From positions 832,001 through 896,000 of the forward strand of contig CAWBZI010000006.1 of assembly GCA_963793265.1 (NCBI GenBank): a DNA stretch of 64,000 nt, written 5' to 3'. This DNA comes from an uncultured cyanobacterium (GTDB taxonomy: Bacteria; Cyanobacteriota; Cyanobacteriia; Phormidesmidales; Phormidesmidaceae). This document shows positions 62,918-64,000 of this stretch, piece by piece. Positions within the stretch are counted from its first letter, which is position 1, and every line of letters starts with the position of its first letter. The notes under the pieces were generated by a model. It saw nothing but the letters and a program-made list of their open reading frames with translations, was not told the DNA's origin and searched no databases. Position numbers and translations under genes: made by a program.

Positions 62918-63481
62918 CTAATCGAAAATGCTATCGACCGTACAATCAAATCCTGGCAGCAATGGCGAGGTTAGGCTATCTGTGTTCAGCAGTGTAGCGA
63001 ATAGCTGTAGCTGAGTGTCTTGCCGCCTGTAGACTTCGATTTGTTGCGATCGCCAGTCCACAATCCAATACTCCTGAACGCCATGCAGCGAATAGAGCTT
63101 TAGCTTAATCTCGCGATCGCGCACCTCATTTTTACCTCCCGCCGAAAGCACCTCAACAATCAACTCAGGCGCAATTGTAAAGTGTCCGGCCTCATCAAGA
63201 CCATTCGCCCAACGCGCTTTACTCACCCAGATAACATCGGGAATCACCGCATCCCATTCAGTTAATACAACACCAGGCGCTGATAAAGACCTGCCCAAAC
63301 CTGTCTGTCGCGACCAAATTCCTAACTCAAAATGAATATTACCGCCCGCGTTTTGATGCCGAGCATGAGGGGCGTGTGTCGTAAACAGTTCTCCATCTAC
63401 TATCTCGTAGCGCGTCCAACCGCTGTTATCCGGCATCGCGTCTAAGTCTCGAACTGTCCAGCGAATAGAGTGAGCAACCAT
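62918..63481 (-). CDS. Uma2 family endonuclease-like protein
   Basis: RYEIVDGEL, IPDVIWVS, PELIVEVLS, KLKLYS..GVQEYWIVD. Confidence 0.9.
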   Translation of the reverse strand: MVAHSIRWTVRDLDAMPDNSGWTRYEIVDGELFTTHAPHARHQNAGGNIHFELGIWSRQTGLGRSLSAPGVVLTEWDAVIPDVIWVSKARWANGLDEAGHFTIAPELIVEVLSAGGKNEVRDREIKLKLYSLHGVQEYWIVDWRSQQIEVYRRQDTQLQLFATLLNTDSLTSPLLPGFDCTVDSIFD

Positions 63482-63583
63482 GAGATGTCGATGATAGCTT
63501 AGCTGTTCGGAAAGCTTGCTTAGTGAGGAAGATTTGAAAGAACGTAATGCTATTGAATTCAGGCTTACTGTAGAGCCTAAGAT

Positions 63584-63895
63584 TCAACGATTTTCAGCAG
63601 ACAGTTTCTGCATCCACTGTTTAGAACCTAGCTGACCGCGCATGAGAGCAGGAATACTGTAATGCTGATCAAGTGTAGGAAATTCAATCACGTCACCGCC
63701 TTCCCAGATGATGACATCAGAGAGGTCTGCATCGCTTGGAGACGAAACTGGCTTCCATCCATGCTCGCCTCTACGAATCATTTGCAAAGAATCCACAGCC
63801 CATCGTCCCTTGAAGTGTGAACCAAATGCTATCTCTAGCTCTCTAGTTTTGGGAATATATCTTGCAGCAGTAGGCATTAGTGCTGTAGATTGCAT
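63584..63895 (-). CDS. DUF2442-like protein (putative antitoxin)
   Basis: PSDADLSDV.IWEGGDVIEFPTLDQHYSIPALMRGQLGSKQWM; similar to 61729-62016; ATG at 63895 preferred. Confidence 0.7.
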   Translation of the reverse strand: MQSTALMPTAARYIPKTRELEIAFGSHFKGRWAVDSLQMIRRGEHGWKPVSSPSDADLSDVIIWEGGDVIEFPTLDQHYSIPALMRGQLGSKQWMQKLSAENR

Positions 63896-63962
63896 TGCCT
63901 TTGTCGATACGGTTGTAGATAACAAACTTGAAGCCTTTTATGGGTGGAATAATCTGCGGCAT
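63843..63962 (-). pseudogene. Truncated DUF4160-like toxin gene remnant
   Basis: MPQIIPPIKGFKFVIYN resembles a DUF4160 N-terminus, but the DH.PPH.H core is missing and the frame runs into the antitoxin gene. Confidence 0.5.
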
Positions 63963-64000
63963 CGGCTTTGCCTTTTATTCTATCCGTCCGCACGATTTGT

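Larger units (their letters stand above)
2119..63120. repeat. Dispersed HIP1 octamers (GCGATCGC)
   Basis: Many copies across the window, e.g. 2119, 34090, 34350, 34371, 34599, 34793; not counted exactly. Confidence 0.95.

Noticed and set aside
9534..63481. Three Uma2 genes as a system
   Set aside because: They are dispersed, and the family is highly expanded in cyanobacteria

Overview
Cyanobacterial chromosome segment, identified by abundant HIP1 GCGATCGC octamers and by psbZ, psb27, ndhN, ldpA, hetF and a 6S RNA. It is mostly core genes. The first 38 kb hold psbZ-ribH-tRNA-Gly, a degenerate proA, desC, hisG, trpD, transporters, hetF with the 6S RNA, a UvrD-like helicase, a MORC/GHKL ATPase, miaE, aroQ, cinA, two glycosyltransferases, glyA, crtB, an RRM protein, sbcD and a secreted tandem-repeat protein. 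The rest is the large ribosomal-protein cluster, which here is split between infA and rpmJ: rpmJ...prfA lie on the minus strand and rplC...infA on the plus strand. This order fits a single inversion of about 16 kb. Just past infA is a small accessory patch with three intact DUF2442-like (antitoxin-type) genes whose DUF4160-like toxin partners are frameshifted, internally deleted or absent. Hand reading also found rpmJ and three other small ORFs missed by the ORF track, a candidate sRNA upstream of the RRM gene, a REP-like palindrome before secY and several candidate regulatory motifs. No CRISPR array, transposase or prophage was seen. Family calls come from recognising protein motifs; no database search was run.
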